NCBI GenBank assembly: GCA_038087875.1
Contig: JAXLNO010000267.1
Span: 48,630-68,629, forward strand
Direction of reading: 5' to 3'
Source of the DNA: Malacoraja senta
Taxonomy: Eukaryota
DNA length: 20,000 nt
The position numbers and the translations under genes were made by a program. The notes beneath the pieces were generated by a model. That model saw only the letters and a program-made list of their open reading frames with translations. It searched no databases and was not told the origin of the DNA. Positions 1 to 13,278 of the stretch are shown here, piece after piece (position 1 is the stretch's first letter; every line of letters starts with the position of its first letter).

Positions 1-54
1 CCTCGGTATAAGGCGCCCGTAAATAAAATCCATTATTATTATTATTATTATTAT
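1..54 (+). repeat. (ATT)n microsatellite preceded by AATAAA, probably a retroposon 3' tail
   Basis: aaataaaatcc followed by (att)7. Confidence 0.6.
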
Positions 55-459
55 AACTAAAATTCTGATCTTGTGCTCTTCCGGATTGCGAGGTTTTTCC
101 ATTTGCACAAAAACGGTACGCGATAGCGCTATGACTTTTCGCCACTTTACCCACCATTCCCCTGTGCTGTAAGTGCAACCAGTTTTGTTCTTATCGATGG
201 TATATTTTAAAAGTTATTACGGTTTAAATATCTTAAAAACCGTGCATGGGCAGATTGGTGTCCTCTCCTGTCAGTCAACGCCGCGGCCAGGATGGCAACG
301 CCCCTTCCTGCACGGCGGCTTCTCCTGCCTCACTCACAAACTCCTCTCTCAGTAACTCCTGCCTATACTCACCCTCCTCTCAGTAACTTGTGTACCGTCT
401 CCCCCAACACCGGCGGCGGTCACTCACCCCTCTCCCCTGCGGCAATATGCACACACTTT

Positions 460-1810
460 TTTTCACAGCATTGGTGAAATCAAGAACTAGGAGCATAGGA
501 TTAAGATGAGAAGGGGATGAATTAATGGAAATCAGAGGGGAAACCTTCTCACACAGGGGTGGAAATGTATAGGGAATAAACTGCCAGAGACAATGGCTGA
601 GATACTGCCATTTAAGGGTTATTTGGGCAGGTAAATGGATAGGAAAAGTTTAGAGGGATATGGGTGAAAAACACGCAAATGGGACTATCATAGTACTGCA
701 GGATTAGTAAATTTGCAGATGCCACTAAAGTGGGTGGTATTGTAGAGAAGATGGTTATCGAAGATTACAGCAGGATCTTGATCAGTTGGGCAAATGGGCA
801 GAGAAATGGTTAACGGAGTGAGGTGTTGCATTTTAGGAAGTCAAACTAGGGCAGGACCTTCACAGTAATTGGCAGGGCTCTGGGCAGTATTGTGGAAAAG
901 AGGGATCTCGGACTGCAGGTACATACTTCTTTGTAAATTGCATCGCAGGTAAATAGGGTGCTCAATGTGGCTTTTGGTACATTGGTCTTCATCACTCCGG
1001 TTAATGAATGTTACTTTCTATCTCTGTCCTGCCCACTCCCCTGGAAACATCAACTATTCCTTCTCTTCAGAAATGCTGCCTGTCCTGCTGAGTTATTCCA
1101 GCATTTTATGTCTATGATGAATATAGAAGTTGGGGTGTTATGTTACAGCTGTACAAGGCGCTGGTGAGGCTACAGTTGGAGCAGTGTGTTCAGTTTTGGG
1201 CACCCTGCTGGAGAAAATATGGTAAGCTGGAAAGAGTGCGGAGATTTAAGGATGTTGCCAGGACTTGAGAGCCTGAGCTTTAGGGGTGACTAGGCTGGCT
1301 AGGACTGTATTCCTGGAACATAGGCAGATGAGAGATAGGATCATGAGGGGAATAGATGGCATAGAGACTCACACCCTTGTTCCCTCTTCCAAGTCATTAA
1401 TGTAGATAATACATGAAGGATGTCATTTAGCTGGAAAATGTGCAGAGGTTTACAAGGATGTTGCCAAAACTCGAGCTATAGGGTTGAGCCACCTAGGACT
1501 TTATTCCTTGGAGCACAGGAAGCTGAGGGTGATCTTATAGAGGTGTATAAATGGGGTGAAAGTATACTTTTACCCAGAGTGGGGGAATCAAGAACCAGGC
1601 AACGTAGGTTTAAGATGAGAGGGGAAAGATTTAATAATAACCTGAGGGGCAACTTTTTCCACAGAGGGTGGAGAGTGTATGGAATTAGCTCCAAGAGGTA
1701 GCTGAGGCAGAAACTATAAGATTTAAAATACATTTGGACAGGTGCATGGATAGGAAAGGTTTAGAGGGATATGGGCCAAAGGGCCTGCTTCTGTGCTATA
1801 TCTGTGACCT
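460..1810 (+). mobile_element. Cluster of old CR1 fragments (about 460-690, 700-1360 and 1415-1810)
   Basis: ISKFAD.TKVGG at about 702-740, LVR.QLE.CVQFW.P at about 1160-1205, and ESRTR..RFKMRGERF..NLRGNFF at about 1585-1660. Confidence 0.8.
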
Positions 1811-3107
1811 GACAGAAACGTGTAACACTGCATAGAAGAAATTAACTATTTTAAGGGATAGTCAATTATTTAAAGAAATGGAAAGGTAGAGACGGAATAA
1901 TGATTAGAGGGGTATGATAATATGCACAAAGGCTCTATGTACTAGTTTTACTAATGTGAAATCTATTACTTAAATGGGTGTCATCAAAATAATATTTATA
2001 GATAACTTGACAGCTGGATGGTAGTGATTTTATGAAAAGCAGTTGAATAATGTTACATTTTTCTCAATTATGAAAAAAATTAAATGGTGTCGGTGTCTGA
2101 TGGAATCCATTGCACAGACTACATACATGGCCTCTGAGGCTGAATGGTTTCTGGAAATGGCTCTCCGATGTATAGCTACTCCTGTTTCCCTGCATTGCTC
2201 AAATCTAATTTATGAAAGGGTTTTCAACTGTCCAACAGCACCATCTCCTGGAAGAATATTAGTGCACATACAATTCCTTCTATAAAAGGATGTGGGTGCC
2301 AAGAAAAAATATATCCTCGACTGCAGCAGCATTGTCCCTTCATTCATTTTCCTGAAATAATTCAGAAGCAACAGGGTGAACTGGATGGCACCTGTCTGTT
2401 ACTTACCTTGAAGTTGCAATGCAATACCTACCCACTTGGGGAGACTCAATTTCAGCAAATCAACCCCAGCCCACTAACTATACCACTTTACCAATCATCG
2501 ACACGCAGGGAATATAGTATGACCAGTGCTCGCTGATGTTACTTCAATTCACGGATAATTTACATGGAACTCTTTGGCATAGGTTGGGGAAAGGCCCTAC
2601 CCAAAACTCCCTCACCATCACAAATCTGAATGGACACAACTGAGTAAAGCCACTGGGTTCTGTAAGTCTCAACAATTACAGCATTGTTAGGCAAAATACC
2701 TCCTGACAAGGATTAGGTGGTGTTACTGTATATGGCTGGAAGCATAACACTTGAAGCTAGAGCCAAAAGGTTACTCATGCATGATTGTACCCTCAGTAGG
2801 AACAGCTGCAGACACCTCAGAGTTTGGCACAGATTAAGATATTTGTAGTATAAATACTTGTGAATTTCACAAATCTTTACCAATTTTCTTTTACAGCCAA
2901 TGAAGTACTTCAGTTTGGGAAACTAGTCAGCACCTCTAACACTTACAATGGAAGTGGGACTGTCACAATAGAAACCGACGAGCCTCTGCTGTGGACAATG
3001 GGAATCAAGAGGCAACTTAAATGAAGTGTGCGTTTTAAAATGAAGCGGAATAGAACACAGAGAATCTTAAGGACGAAAAAAAGCTCATTGTACAAATCAA
3101 AACATGT

Positions 3108-3113
3108 TTTATT
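3108..3113 (-). terminator. Polyadenylation signal AATAAA of SEC61G (3' UTR about 100 nt)
   Basis: tttatt on the + strand, about 80 nt after the stop codon, followed on the minus strand by a U-rich downstream tract (gagctttttttcgtcc). Confidence 0.75.
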
Positions 3114-3190
3114 GACTGAAGCACAAAATATAAAGTGTTCCTTGCTGTCCTCCCATCTTCGTTTTCTATCCAAACACCATCGAGTCAGTT

Positions 3191-3200
3191 CTAACCACCA
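3191..3200 (-). CDS. SEC61G: Sec61 gamma, last coding exon (V-G-G-stop)
   Basis: ctctttgcAG|T GGT GGT TAG completes ...NNIIVGG*. 94+103+10 = 207 nt = 68 aa + stop. Confidence 0.95.
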
Positions 3201-3950
3201 CTGCAAAGAGATTCAAACAACATCTATTAATCAATATACATTGATTGAATGCCTTCCGTGCAACTCCAGTCAGCATTCCACAGCAGGTTATCAAAGTATT
3301 TACATTTACCCCAAAGCCATGTATTTTTCTGGTAAATTCTCCAATTCTTCAGAACTGTCTATTGAATACCAACAAAATGGGAACACAAGTTGCTTTACAG
3401 CTTCCCTCAAGTGGGGAACTTGTTCACTTGTTTTAAAAAACATTTATTGTGCAACTATCTTCAATTTATTGTGGAATGATATAATTTAAAGTATTGCTTT
3501 ATAAAACAAAATCAAAACTGTTAAAGGTGACACATGACTTGAGAATGGCATTTAAGAGGGGGCACTCAGTAACTGGTAACATTACTACTGGAGGTCACCT
3601 TCTTCAAACAACACAATTACGTTGGGAATTAAGGCAAATCCTAGACTACAATTAGAAGAATTGTCACAAGTTTCTAATGAGATGTGCAAGTGCCAATAGA
3701 GTGGCAATGTCATGTACATTTTGTTTCTAAAATAGCCAATCCATGCCAGTTTAGTATCTTTGGTTGGCAAGCTTGTAAATTTTTGAAACAAGAACAATTA
3801 TCTTTGTCCTTTATATTCCAGAAAATCTGCAATTTTATTCTGCAAAAGACACAATACGTACTGTTCACTATAGCCTTAGCAGAGTTTGCTCTATTGCTCT
3901 AGTTGCATGTGGCTATTTTTGTAAAATTACAAGCAACACATTCTCTAGCT

Positions 3951-4078
3951 AGACACAAAAAGCTGGAGTAACTCAGCTGCACAGACAGCATTTCTGGAGA
4001 GAAGGAATGGGTGACATTTCTAGTTGAGATCCTTCTTCAGACACAATATGTGACATTTGGGGTCGAGACCCTTCACAG
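3951..4078 (-). repeat. Solo PLE 3'-terminus fragment with two decayed hammerhead-like motifs
   Basis: Aligns by eye with 16321-16413 (acacaaaa.gctggag.aactcagc...gaagga...tttc...ccttcttcagac). Confidence 0.8.
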
Positions 4079-4674
4079 CTTTCAGATATGTCGCACTTAT
4101 CTAAGTGATCCAAATCCCTTTGCTACTGGGCATCTTTAGCTTCTATTCCAATTGCTTAGTTTTAATTTGAGATCCAATAAAACCAATCCCCTTTGCTAAT
4201 TCCGCAGGGTTCAACATCATTTATCTTCACACAACATAACATTTATAAGCACTTCATCTATCAAATGTTTACCGCTAATTCGGATCAGATTTTAAAAAAA
4301 TTGTCGCCAATAGAGAGTAATGTTCTGAACATTAAGGTGACATTAAGCAAATGCGAATTGGAGACTAAAGTGCAGATGTTGGAAAGCGAAGCAAAAACTG
4401 CTGGAAGAACTAATCAGGTCAAAGCAAATTGCTTTGGCGAGTTACATTTATGTAACTATGTTCATAAAGAAAATGAAAATTGTCATACCTGCCATTATAA
4501 TAGCAGCCAAATCTAAATCTGTTAAATTATTCTCCCAAATCCAGTCAATAACTATTTAATTGTACTTCAATATTTTCACAAGCACAACTTTGAAATGAAA
4601 ATCTTCTCCAGCAATTGAATGTGTTTTGTAAGTGACCGATGCAATTTTTTTCACTCAATAAACCATAATACTTA

Positions 4675-4788
<114 letters not shown>

Positions 4789-5789
4789 TTAACACATAGG
4801 AAACTATCAAAGATTTGATTAATTTTTCCAAGCCATTGGGTAACTACAGAAGAGTGGTATTTTAGGAAGAGCAGTATTTTTTGACAAATTAGGGTGGTAG
4901 CTAGAATTACCAGAATAGGAAATGGATCCCTGAATGTGTGAACATTATTCACCCACACAGCAGCAGGGGAATTTAAATCCAAAAATTGGAATTCAATAAT
5001 GACAAAGAATTATGGGGGGTTTTATGACAATCAACATTTTAGGGAGAAAATACTGCTCTCCCTGTCCAGCCTGGACTATATGCAACACACTAATGTAAAC
5101 ATCTCCAACTGCCCTCGCAAATTCCCTTCGACCAAATCAGATCATTAATGTGCCTTTGGTGTTCAAACACCATAAAAACCTCTTTAGGCAAATTGCCAGT
5201 TAATTATTTGCAGAAAAAGATTGAACGGGATCAAACGTATTCTTTGTATTACAATGATGTTAAGTTTTCAAAACAGTTTTAAAACTTAACTTCTCAAAAT
5301 CATTTTCCCCTCTTCAAATGACAGCTACAAATACTTTTAAAAACTGTAAATCAAGTCTACATTATCTTCATTGCAGCATTAACCATGTGCACCAAATCGC
5401 TAACTTAATGCAAATAAAAAAAGATTTTAAAGTACCGTCAGATCTAAGAGCACGCAATCTTAAATTTCTGCTCAGCCCAGAGGTTTTCCCAATACTCAGC
5501 AGCATCAATCAACCTTTATCACCTGTTTGGCAATTTGCTAGTCACAAGAATAATGTATTTTTACGCTATACATGATATTACTTTTAAATATTCTATTAAA
5601 GAATGCAATTTTGAATTACACCTTGTTCTGTGTATTCATTCATGCCACTCATGGGTATTTCCAACAACCAACAAATATCTCCCGCAGCAAGAAATCTGCA
5701 AATACACTTTCATCTGGAGTTTGCTTTCTGCCTGTCTATAACTATTCCAAATGGGGTGGAGGTTATATTAAGAATTGTTAATACTATGG

Positions 5790-6170
5790 TTGTGGAAACA
5801 CGGCCAGAGGCCTTTATCGAGACGCCGTGGTCTCAATCGCCGCGTAGAAGCCCGGGTCAGGGCCCAGCCGGGGCCTCACGGGTCGGAGTCTGGCTGGGGC
5901 CCGGGTTAGCACCACGGAGGCATGAAGTGGGGCGTCGACAGCGGCTAGGCATCGGCGGCGGTGAAGCCTTGCGACGATGGGGCCTCGTGGGTCGATGAGC
6001 GTGGAAGACCACCGTGAGCGGGTGAGGGCAACAACAATGGAGGACCGCCGTGAGGGAGGTGGGGGGAGAACAAAGGACAATGGGGACCCAGCGTGGGGGA
6101 AAGCTATGAGGGGGAAGGGGAGGGGGGGGAGAACAAAAGGAGGAGCCGGTGTGCTTTGCAACTATGTCAG
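5790..6170 (+). repeat. GC/CpG-rich unclassified interspersed repeat
   Basis: Sharp GC-rich block inside AT-rich intron, with an internal duplication ggggg(g)agaacaaa(a)gga at about 6061 and 6122. No recognisable protein motif. Confidence 0.5.
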
Positions 6171-6419
6171 TAACACAGATCTTGCAATCACATGAATATT
6201 TGATTGAACCATTGGTAATGATATTGAAAACATTGAATTAGCAACATCATTATTTAACAATATTTAAAAAAAATAATGGCTACAGGACCATAATAATAGT
6301 ATTTTTGAGCAAGATTTAATGAAAAACGGACTAAATTTATGGACTGTAAATCCCCGAGGTCATAAAACCCTGCATCAACCACAGGAAGCTCATGATAAAA
6401 TAGGCCGAAGTTAGCTTAA

Positions 6420-7528
6420 TTTTGTGAAGGAGAGATCTTGCCTGATGAACCTGTTGGAATTCTTAGAGGAAGTAAATAACAGGATAGGCAAAGTCAGAGG
6501 ATGTTATCTACCTAGATTTTCGGAAGGCCTTTTATGTTGCCACACACGAGGCTGCTATGGGTGAGAGCCCATGGTATCAGAGGGAAGATGCTAGTATGGA
6601 TAGCAGGTTGGCTGAATGGCAGAAGGCAAAGAGTGGCAATAAAGGTGGCTTTTTCTGGTTGGCTGCCAGTAACCAGCGGAGTTCCGCAGAAGTCGTGGCA
6701 GAGGCCATTACTCTTCATGTTGTATATTAATGATTTGGATGAGGTAATTGAAGGCTTTGTGGCCAAGTTTGCAGATGATACGAAGATAGGTAGTGTCGAG
6801 AAAGCAGGATCCCTGGTTGAAGGCCGACTTCGGGAGCTCCAAGACGCGGGGGCTGCGACTGCCCCGACACGGGGGCTGCGATCGCCCCGATGCGGGTAGT
6901 AAGGAAGGCAAATGACCATAATTTTGAGAGGACTAGAATATAAAAACAGGGATCTAATGCTGAGGCTTTATAAGGCAATGATCAGGCCGCATTTGGAGTA
7001 TTGTGAACAGTTTTGGGTCACATATCGGAGCTAGCAATGGAGAGGGTCCAGAGGAGGTTTTACAAGAATGATCCCAAGGATGATTGGGTTAACCTATGAT
7101 GAGCGTTTGACAGCACTAGGCCTGTACTCACTGGAGTTTGGAAGGATGAGGGGGGAACCTCATTGAAACTCACCAAATAGTGAAAGGCCTGGATAGAGTG
7201 GATGTGGAGAGGATGTTTCCACTACCTGGGAGAGTCTAGGACCAGAGGCCATTGCCTCATAATAAAAGGACGCACCTTTAGAAAGGAGATGGAGGAATTT
7301 CTTTAGTCAGAGCGTGGTGAATCTGTGGAATTAATTGCCACGAGCCTGTGGAGGCCAAGTCAAAGGATATTTTTAAGGTGGAGATTGATAGATTCTTGAT
7401 TAGTACGGGTGTCTGGGGTTATGGGGAGAAGGCAGGAGAATGGGGTTGGGAGGAAAAGATAGATCAGCCATGATTGAATGGCAAAGTAGACTGAATTGCC
7501 TAATTCTGCTTCTATAACTTATGAGCTT
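6420..7528 (+). mobile_element. CR1 LINE, decayed, with an internal deletion and a GC-rich insert at about 6805-6900
   Basis: Motifs RSCL.NLLEF.EEV, VTSGVPQ, YINDLD, AKFADDTKIG and RPHLEYC.QFW, plus a typical CR1 3' UTR. Confidence 0.9.
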
Positions 7529-7745
7529 AACAATTCCAGCTATTTTTCGTCTTTCCACGTATAATTTGTCTTCAAAAAGTGTACAGTCTCTTCAGACAAG
7601 GCAAATCGTCAGTGACATATAACGGAGAACTCAAAAATAAAATCCTCAGAGTTAGTCCCTCGTCACTTCATCCCCCCCCCAAAAAAACCTCCCAATCTCC
7701 ATAATTTCTTCCTGTTTCTAAACAGCTGAAAATCTATAATTTCAC

Positions 7746-7835
7746 ACTGAAGGGTCCCTACCTGAAATGTCACCTATCCACGATCATCAGATGCGATTCG
7801 CTACCTGACAAAAGTGATACTCCAGCACTTTGTCT
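7746..7835 (+). repeat. Decayed solo PLE 3'-terminus fragment
   Basis: ctgaagggtccctacctgaaatgtcacctatcc...tactccagcactttgt. Confidence 0.7.
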
Positions 7836-8055
7836 CTTTCCTTTACTTCAAAACCCTTCTATGGAACACTAGGTTCCTTTGACAGGTTTTTCAGTTTTTA
7901 CATTACACAATGAACATCTAAACCACCTATGAACGAAGAACCAGTGACAGACTGGACCTTTAACCACCCCGATGATACTAACTAATAAGAAAAATTGGAA
8001 TCTCCCCCCCCCCCCCCCAATCAAGAACTTTGCCTCACACTTTGTCTTCAGATCA

Positions 8056-8196
<141 letters not shown>

Positions 8197-8644
8197 TTAG
8201 GCAAGCAAAAAGAAATGTGCCTTGATGCAGAATACTTTAATCTTTACAAAATCACATTCAGATATTATTTATGATAAGTGCCTTCAACAATTCTGAAACC
8301 CAGTTACACTTGACCTGGCAATGTGTGGCAAAGCCAGTTACGCACCATATGCAATTAAGACTTTGACCTTGGGTCGTAGGAAGCAAAGATGGCAAATCAG
8401 AAATAAATACCAAATCCGTGTGACCAGACTCAACTAGACCAATGGGCCGCAGCCTGCAGGGGAAGCTGCCGGGCTAGACATATCGAAATGCAGGAGGATA
8501 AAATGGGTTAGGGTAGGATTAGAGCAATGGGTACTTGACAGTCAAAATGGACTTGATTGTCCAGAGGGCTGGTGTCCATGCCCTATCTGTCCATGGTGTA
8601 TCTTTCCTTGATGTTCCTCTCTAACAACCCAGATCCTACCATTT

Positions 8645-9057
8645 AGTTTAGAAGGATGAGGGGTTATCTCATAGAAACATATAAAATTATAAAAGGACTG
8701 GACAAGCTAGATGCAGGAAAAATGTTCCCAATGTTGGGCGAGTCCAGAACCAGGGGCCACAGTCTTAGAATAAAGGGGAGGTCATTTAAGACTGAGGTGA
8801 GAATAAACGTTTTCACCCAGAGAGTTGTGAATTTATGGAATTCCCTGCCACAGAGGGCAGTGGAGGCCAAATCACTGGATGGATTTAAGAGAGAGTTAGA
8901 TAGAGCTCAAGGGGCTAGTGGAGTCAAGGGATATGGGGAGAAGGCAGGCACGGGTTATTGATAGGGAACGATCAGCCATGATCACAATGAATGGGGGTGC
9001 TGGCTCGAAGGGCCGAATGGCCTCCTCCTGCACCTATTTTCTATGTCTATGTTTCTA
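8645..9057 (+). mobile_element. CR1 LINE 3' end, young
   Basis: MRG.LIETYKIIKGLD...TRGHSL...FTQRVVNLWNSLP, then a 3' UTR ending ctatgtctatgtttcta. Confidence 0.93.
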
Positions 9058-9073
9058 TTCCCCCCCACACATT

Positions 9074-9155
9074 TGGGGCAATTTACCAACCAGCCCATAC
9101 AGCTTTGGAACGTGGAAGGAAACCAGAACACCTGGAGGAAACCCACATGGTCATA
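9074..9155 (-). mobile_element. SINE fragment (V-SINE/HE1-like central domain)
   Basis: ggggcaattta...tttggaacgtggaaggaaaccagaacacctggaggaaacccacatggtca resembles the reverse complement of the V-SINE conserved core. Recognised from memory, not by search. Confidence 0.6.
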
Positions 9156-9509
9156 AGTTCTCCCAAAATGAATGAGTCTTTAAAACTCCTTGCCTCAGAA
9201 AGCTTTGGAGGCTGAATTCTCAAATATATATCAAGGCCAAGATAGATTTCTTCAAGTAGTAGAATCATAGAGTTGGTGAAAATTTACCCCTTAGTCACCA
9301 CTTCTGTTAAACGAGTTTATCCATTCTTTCCACACTGCTGAAATGTTCATGTTGATCACATCCTTTAAATATCAACCTCTCCAAAGCAATGGGGTTACTC
9401 GAAAGGTGGTGGGTAGAATGCTATAAAGTGCTCAAGCCAATTAGCAATGTATTCATCTCCAGCATAATCTCTTTGCTTTTAGTCAGTAATTAGAGCAAAG
9501 TGTTTGTAA

Positions 9510-10277
9510 AGGGCCTGTCCCACTTACGCGACTTTTCAGCAAACTGTCTGCTACTTTCAAGCTCGGGGGCATTCGCATGAAAAACCGCGAGCTGGATCGA
9601 CCGGCAGCGCTGCACACACAAACACACACACATATATAAACACATCGCAAAGGCGGGGGTCAGGGAAAGCGGGGGAGCGCTGTCTGAAATTCACACGGTG
9701 CAAAGCCAAGTTGATACCCGCGATGAACAGGAAGGTTAAAGACGGCTGGCACAGTGAGTCCTATAAAAGAGCGGGGGGGGAGGGGAGAAGGGGAGAGAAG
9801 GGGGGAGGGGGGAGAAAGGAGTGGAGACACTTTTAAGAAGCCAGACAACGTTTAATAAGCCAGAGATACACAGCTGTGAAGTTTAGCGGGCATTTAACAT
9901 TACCGGTCGGTTTTCCTTGGTTCTGAAAACTCGCGCATACTTTTTTTTCCCCCAGTGAGCCAATTAAAATGCCCGGTCAGCAAAGGAGATTACCTACGGC
10001 TACCTCGACTACCTACAACGACATGGCGACCCCATCTACCGCTGCACTACGAGTTCAAAATTATCGATTTTCTCTATGCCGACCAATTTTTGCTCGCAGA
10101 ATATTTTTCAGCTTGTTGAAAAATTTTCCTCGACTAAACTGAGGCCGCGAGTTTTAACCACTATGCGGGAACTCCTCTCGACCATGAAGGAGACTTACCA
10201 GTGACCACCTACGACCATGCTGCGAGCTTGTGGTGAGCACAAACTCTCCTAAACTCGCCATAGTGGGACAGACGCCT
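9510..10277. mobile_element. Non-autonomous DNA transposon with terminal inverted repeats (possibly PIF/Harbinger-like)
   Basis: Left end taa-agggcctgtcccact (9510-9524) and right end agtgggacagacgcct-aa (10262-10277), an imperfect inverted match. CpG-rich interior with no transposase ORF. Confidence 0.75.
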
Positions 10278-10329
10278 AACCACTTCAGTGACCTTCAGGA
10301 TCTGTGCACTCTCAAACATCTACAATCAA

Positions 10330-11510
10330 GACACCTCACTATTCAGTAACTTTGATAGCCCATTGCCTCATCATTACCATGGATGTTCAGTCTCTTTACA
10401 CATTCATCCCCGACTACTAAGGTCTAAAGGCCCTCCGCTCTTCCACGAACAAAGACCCAATCAATTTCCTTCTACTAACACTCTCCTCTGCCTGGCAGAA
10501 CTTGCCCTCACCTTTAACATATTCTGTTTTGAGTCCTCTCACTTTCTCCAAGTTAAAGGTATAGCCATGGGTACTCACATGGGCCCAAGCTATGCCTGCC
10601 TTTTTGTCGGTTACGCCAAACTGCTCTTGCTTCAGGCATACACACAAATCTACTCCCCAATTTTCTCTGCTACAACAACAACTGCACCCCTGCCAAACTC
10701 GTGTATTTCATTAATTTTACCAATAACCCACCCTGTCTTCAAATTTACCTGGACTATCTCTGACACCATTCTCCTTTTTCTTGATCTCACTGTATCACAG
10801 GGGACAGACTATGGACTGACGTCTACCATAAACCCACCGACTCCCAGTTATCTGGAATAACTTCCTCCCTGTCTCTGGCAAAGAAGCCATTCTCTACTCT
10901 CAATTCCTCCACCGCATCTGCTTCCAGGATGTCCCCTTTGTATAGTAAACGTGGTATGCCCTCCCCCCCCTTCTGTCATAGATGGATTCCTCAACCACGT
11001 CTGCTTTGTGTCCTGTAGTTCTGCTCTCGCTACCCCCAGACTGAACAAGGATAGAGTTGCCCTGGGCCTCACCTCTCACTCCACCAGCCTCTGTATCCAA
11101 TACATCCGACATTTCCATCACTTCCAACATTATCTGACCATCAGTCACATCTTCCCATCTCCACCCATTTCCGCCTTCTGTAAAGTGCGCTCACTCCGTA
11201 AATCCTTAGTTCACTCATCCCTTCCCACCCAAATCACACCCTCGCCAGTTAACACTTATCCCTAAATTTCCTCCCTCACCCCAACTAGATGAGACAGGTT
11301 CACATGCATCTAGTCATCCACTTGAACCAGTGTTCTTGATGTGGCCTCTTGTACAACTCCAAGGCCAAGCACAGACTTGGCAACTGTTTTCCTGAACACT
11401 TGCACTGCATCTGCCAGGGTCTACAGGATGCTAACCATTATAACTCCCCTTCCCTGGGCCTCCTAGAGGAAGAACTGGAGGAATAACACCTCACATTCCA
11501 CTCGGGTTGC
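10330..11510 (+). mobile_element. Decayed Penelope-like element related to 16321-18609
   Basis: Motifs LAELALT.N.F.F.SSHFLQVKGIAMGTHMGPSYACLFVGY, FTWTISDT.L.FLDLT, NKDRV.L.LT.H and HIFPSPP.SAF.K.RSLR.SLVHSSLP. Many frameshifts. Confidence 0.9.
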
Positions 11511-11952
11511 AAAGATATGATTATTGACACCATTTACTGTATTCCCATGCATTCCTACTTTCCCCAGAAGCACTACCTCACATTTGACTGGACTATATTC
11601 TATTATTCACTTTTCCGCCCTAATGACATTGCAGCCAAATCTTCCTGCAGTATAAATCTTTCATCCCCAGCACCAACCACATTGCCAATTTGTATCTCAC
11701 TTGCAAGTCTTTATCATGCACCCTGCATTTAAGTCTAAATTAGCAAACATCCCAAAATAGGCCTGAATATGGAACCACATGAAACCCACGTGTACAACCT
11801 TCTAGCCATAACAACATCTGTCAACCGTTACCATGTGCTACCCAAATTAAATCATGACGTTGTCCAAATTGCAGCATCTGCAACACCAGGCCTCCACCAT
11901 AATGGGTCAAATCATTTCGTCAACCAACATCATGCTTCAGTCAACATGCTTC

Positions 11953-12644
11953 GTCATTGAAAGTAGGCATGCAGCTGCAGCAGGCAGTGAAGAAAGCGAA
12001 TGGTATGTTAGCATTCATAGCAAAAGGATTTGAGTATAGGAGCAGGGACGTTCTACTGCAGTTGTACAGGGTCTTGGTGAGACCACACCTGGAGTATTGC
12101 GTACAGTTTTGGTCTCCAAATCGGAGGAAAGACATTCTTGCCATAGAGGGAGTACAGAGAAGGTTCACCAGACTGATCCCTGGGATGTCAGGACTTTCAT
12201 ATGAAGAAAGACTGGATAGACTCGGCTTGTACTCGCTAGAATTTAGAAGATTGAGGGGGGTTCTTATAGAAACTTACAAAATTCTTAAGGGGTTGGACAG
12301 GCTAGATGCAGGAAGATTGTTCCCGATGTTGGGGAAGTCCAGGACAAGGGGTCACAGTTTAAGGATAAAGGAGAAATCCTTTAGGACCGAGATGAGAAAA
12401 CATTTTTCACACAGAGAGTGGTGAATCTCTGGTACTCTCTGCCAGAGAAGGTAGTTGAGGCCAGTTCATTGGCTATATTTAAGAGGGAGTTAGATGTGGC
12501 CATTGTGGCTTAAGGGATCAGGGGGTATGGAGAGAAGGCATGTACAGGATACTGAGTTGGATGATCAGCCGTGATCATATTGAATGGCGGTGCAGGCTCG
12601 AAGGGCCGAATGGCCTACTCCTGCACCTATTTTCTATGTTTCTA
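11953..12644 (+). mobile_element. CR1 LINE 3' fragment, nearly identical to 13806-14497
   Basis: ORF 11957-12424 matches the C-terminus of ORF 13204-14304 almost residue for residue. Same 3' UTR and ctatgtttcta tail. Confidence 0.95.
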
Positions 12645-12699
12645 ACAAACACCAGGCCATTGTATCCCAAACCAGATCTCATCATGTCCGGCAATCTCC

Positions 12700-12900
12700 C
12701 CTTCCCAGCCTTCAACTTGACTTTCCGAACCCCGCACTGCTCAAATTTTACATCCAAACAAGACCCACAGTTGGGATTGCCCTGGCATGCCCATTGTTTC
12801 TGCTTCCTTGCTTGTCTCATTCCTTGATCTATCTTGTTCCACCACCCACTCCCCCCCAACATAATGCAACCCCTTCCCACCTGCCTCAAATTTTCTCCAC
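12700..12900 (+). mobile_element. Very old PLE RT remnant, left part
   Basis: ccgaaccccgcactgctcaaattttac...cctggcatgcccattgtttctgc resembles the PQPRTA.FY...PGRPIVSA coding sequence of the intact PLE. Confidence 0.55.
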
Positions 12901-12935
12901 CACTTTAACAACTTCCACTTCCTCCTCCTCCTCCT

Positions 12936-13278
12936 CAGTCATATGTGTACAGGGAATACAGTAGGGGGCTGAGGACACAACCCTGGGGGGGATCCTGTGT
13001 TCAGGATGAGGGGGTTGGAGGTATGCCTCCCATCTTGACCACCTGGGGCCTGGCGGTGAGAAAGTCCAGGACCCAGGCACACAGGGGAGTGTTCAATCCC
13101 AGTTTCAGCAGCTTCTAAGCAAGTCTGTAGGGACTATGGTGTTGAAAGCAGAACTGAAATCAATGAACAGCATCCTCACATAGCACCCCTTCTGGCTGTC
13201 AAGGTGAGAGAGAGTGGTGTGCAAAACCTGGGAGACAGCATCTCCGTGGATCTGGACGATATGCGAACTGCAGTGGGT
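12936..13278 (-). mobile_element. Rex1/Babar-type LINE RT fragment, downstream half
   Basis: Motifs [26 protein letters not shown]...[17 protein letters not shown] and PQGCV.SP.LYSLYT. Confidence 0.85.

Noticed and set aside
55..450. Possible Helitron-like or other non-autonomous element
   Set aside because: The CpG-rich block looks repetitive, but I could not identify termini or diagnostic motifs with confidence.
2401..3066. Donor-like GTAAGT sites on the minus strand (2401-2406, 2941-2946) suggesting extra exons
   Set aside because: They lie past the polyA signal and I could not recognise a protein. Such 6-mers occur by chance, so RNA evidence would be needed.
5630..6195. CpG-rich block as a promoter or coding exon
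   Set aside because: It has sharp boundaries and internal duplications and lacks a promoter motif cluster or recognisable protein. A young interspersed repeat is more likely.
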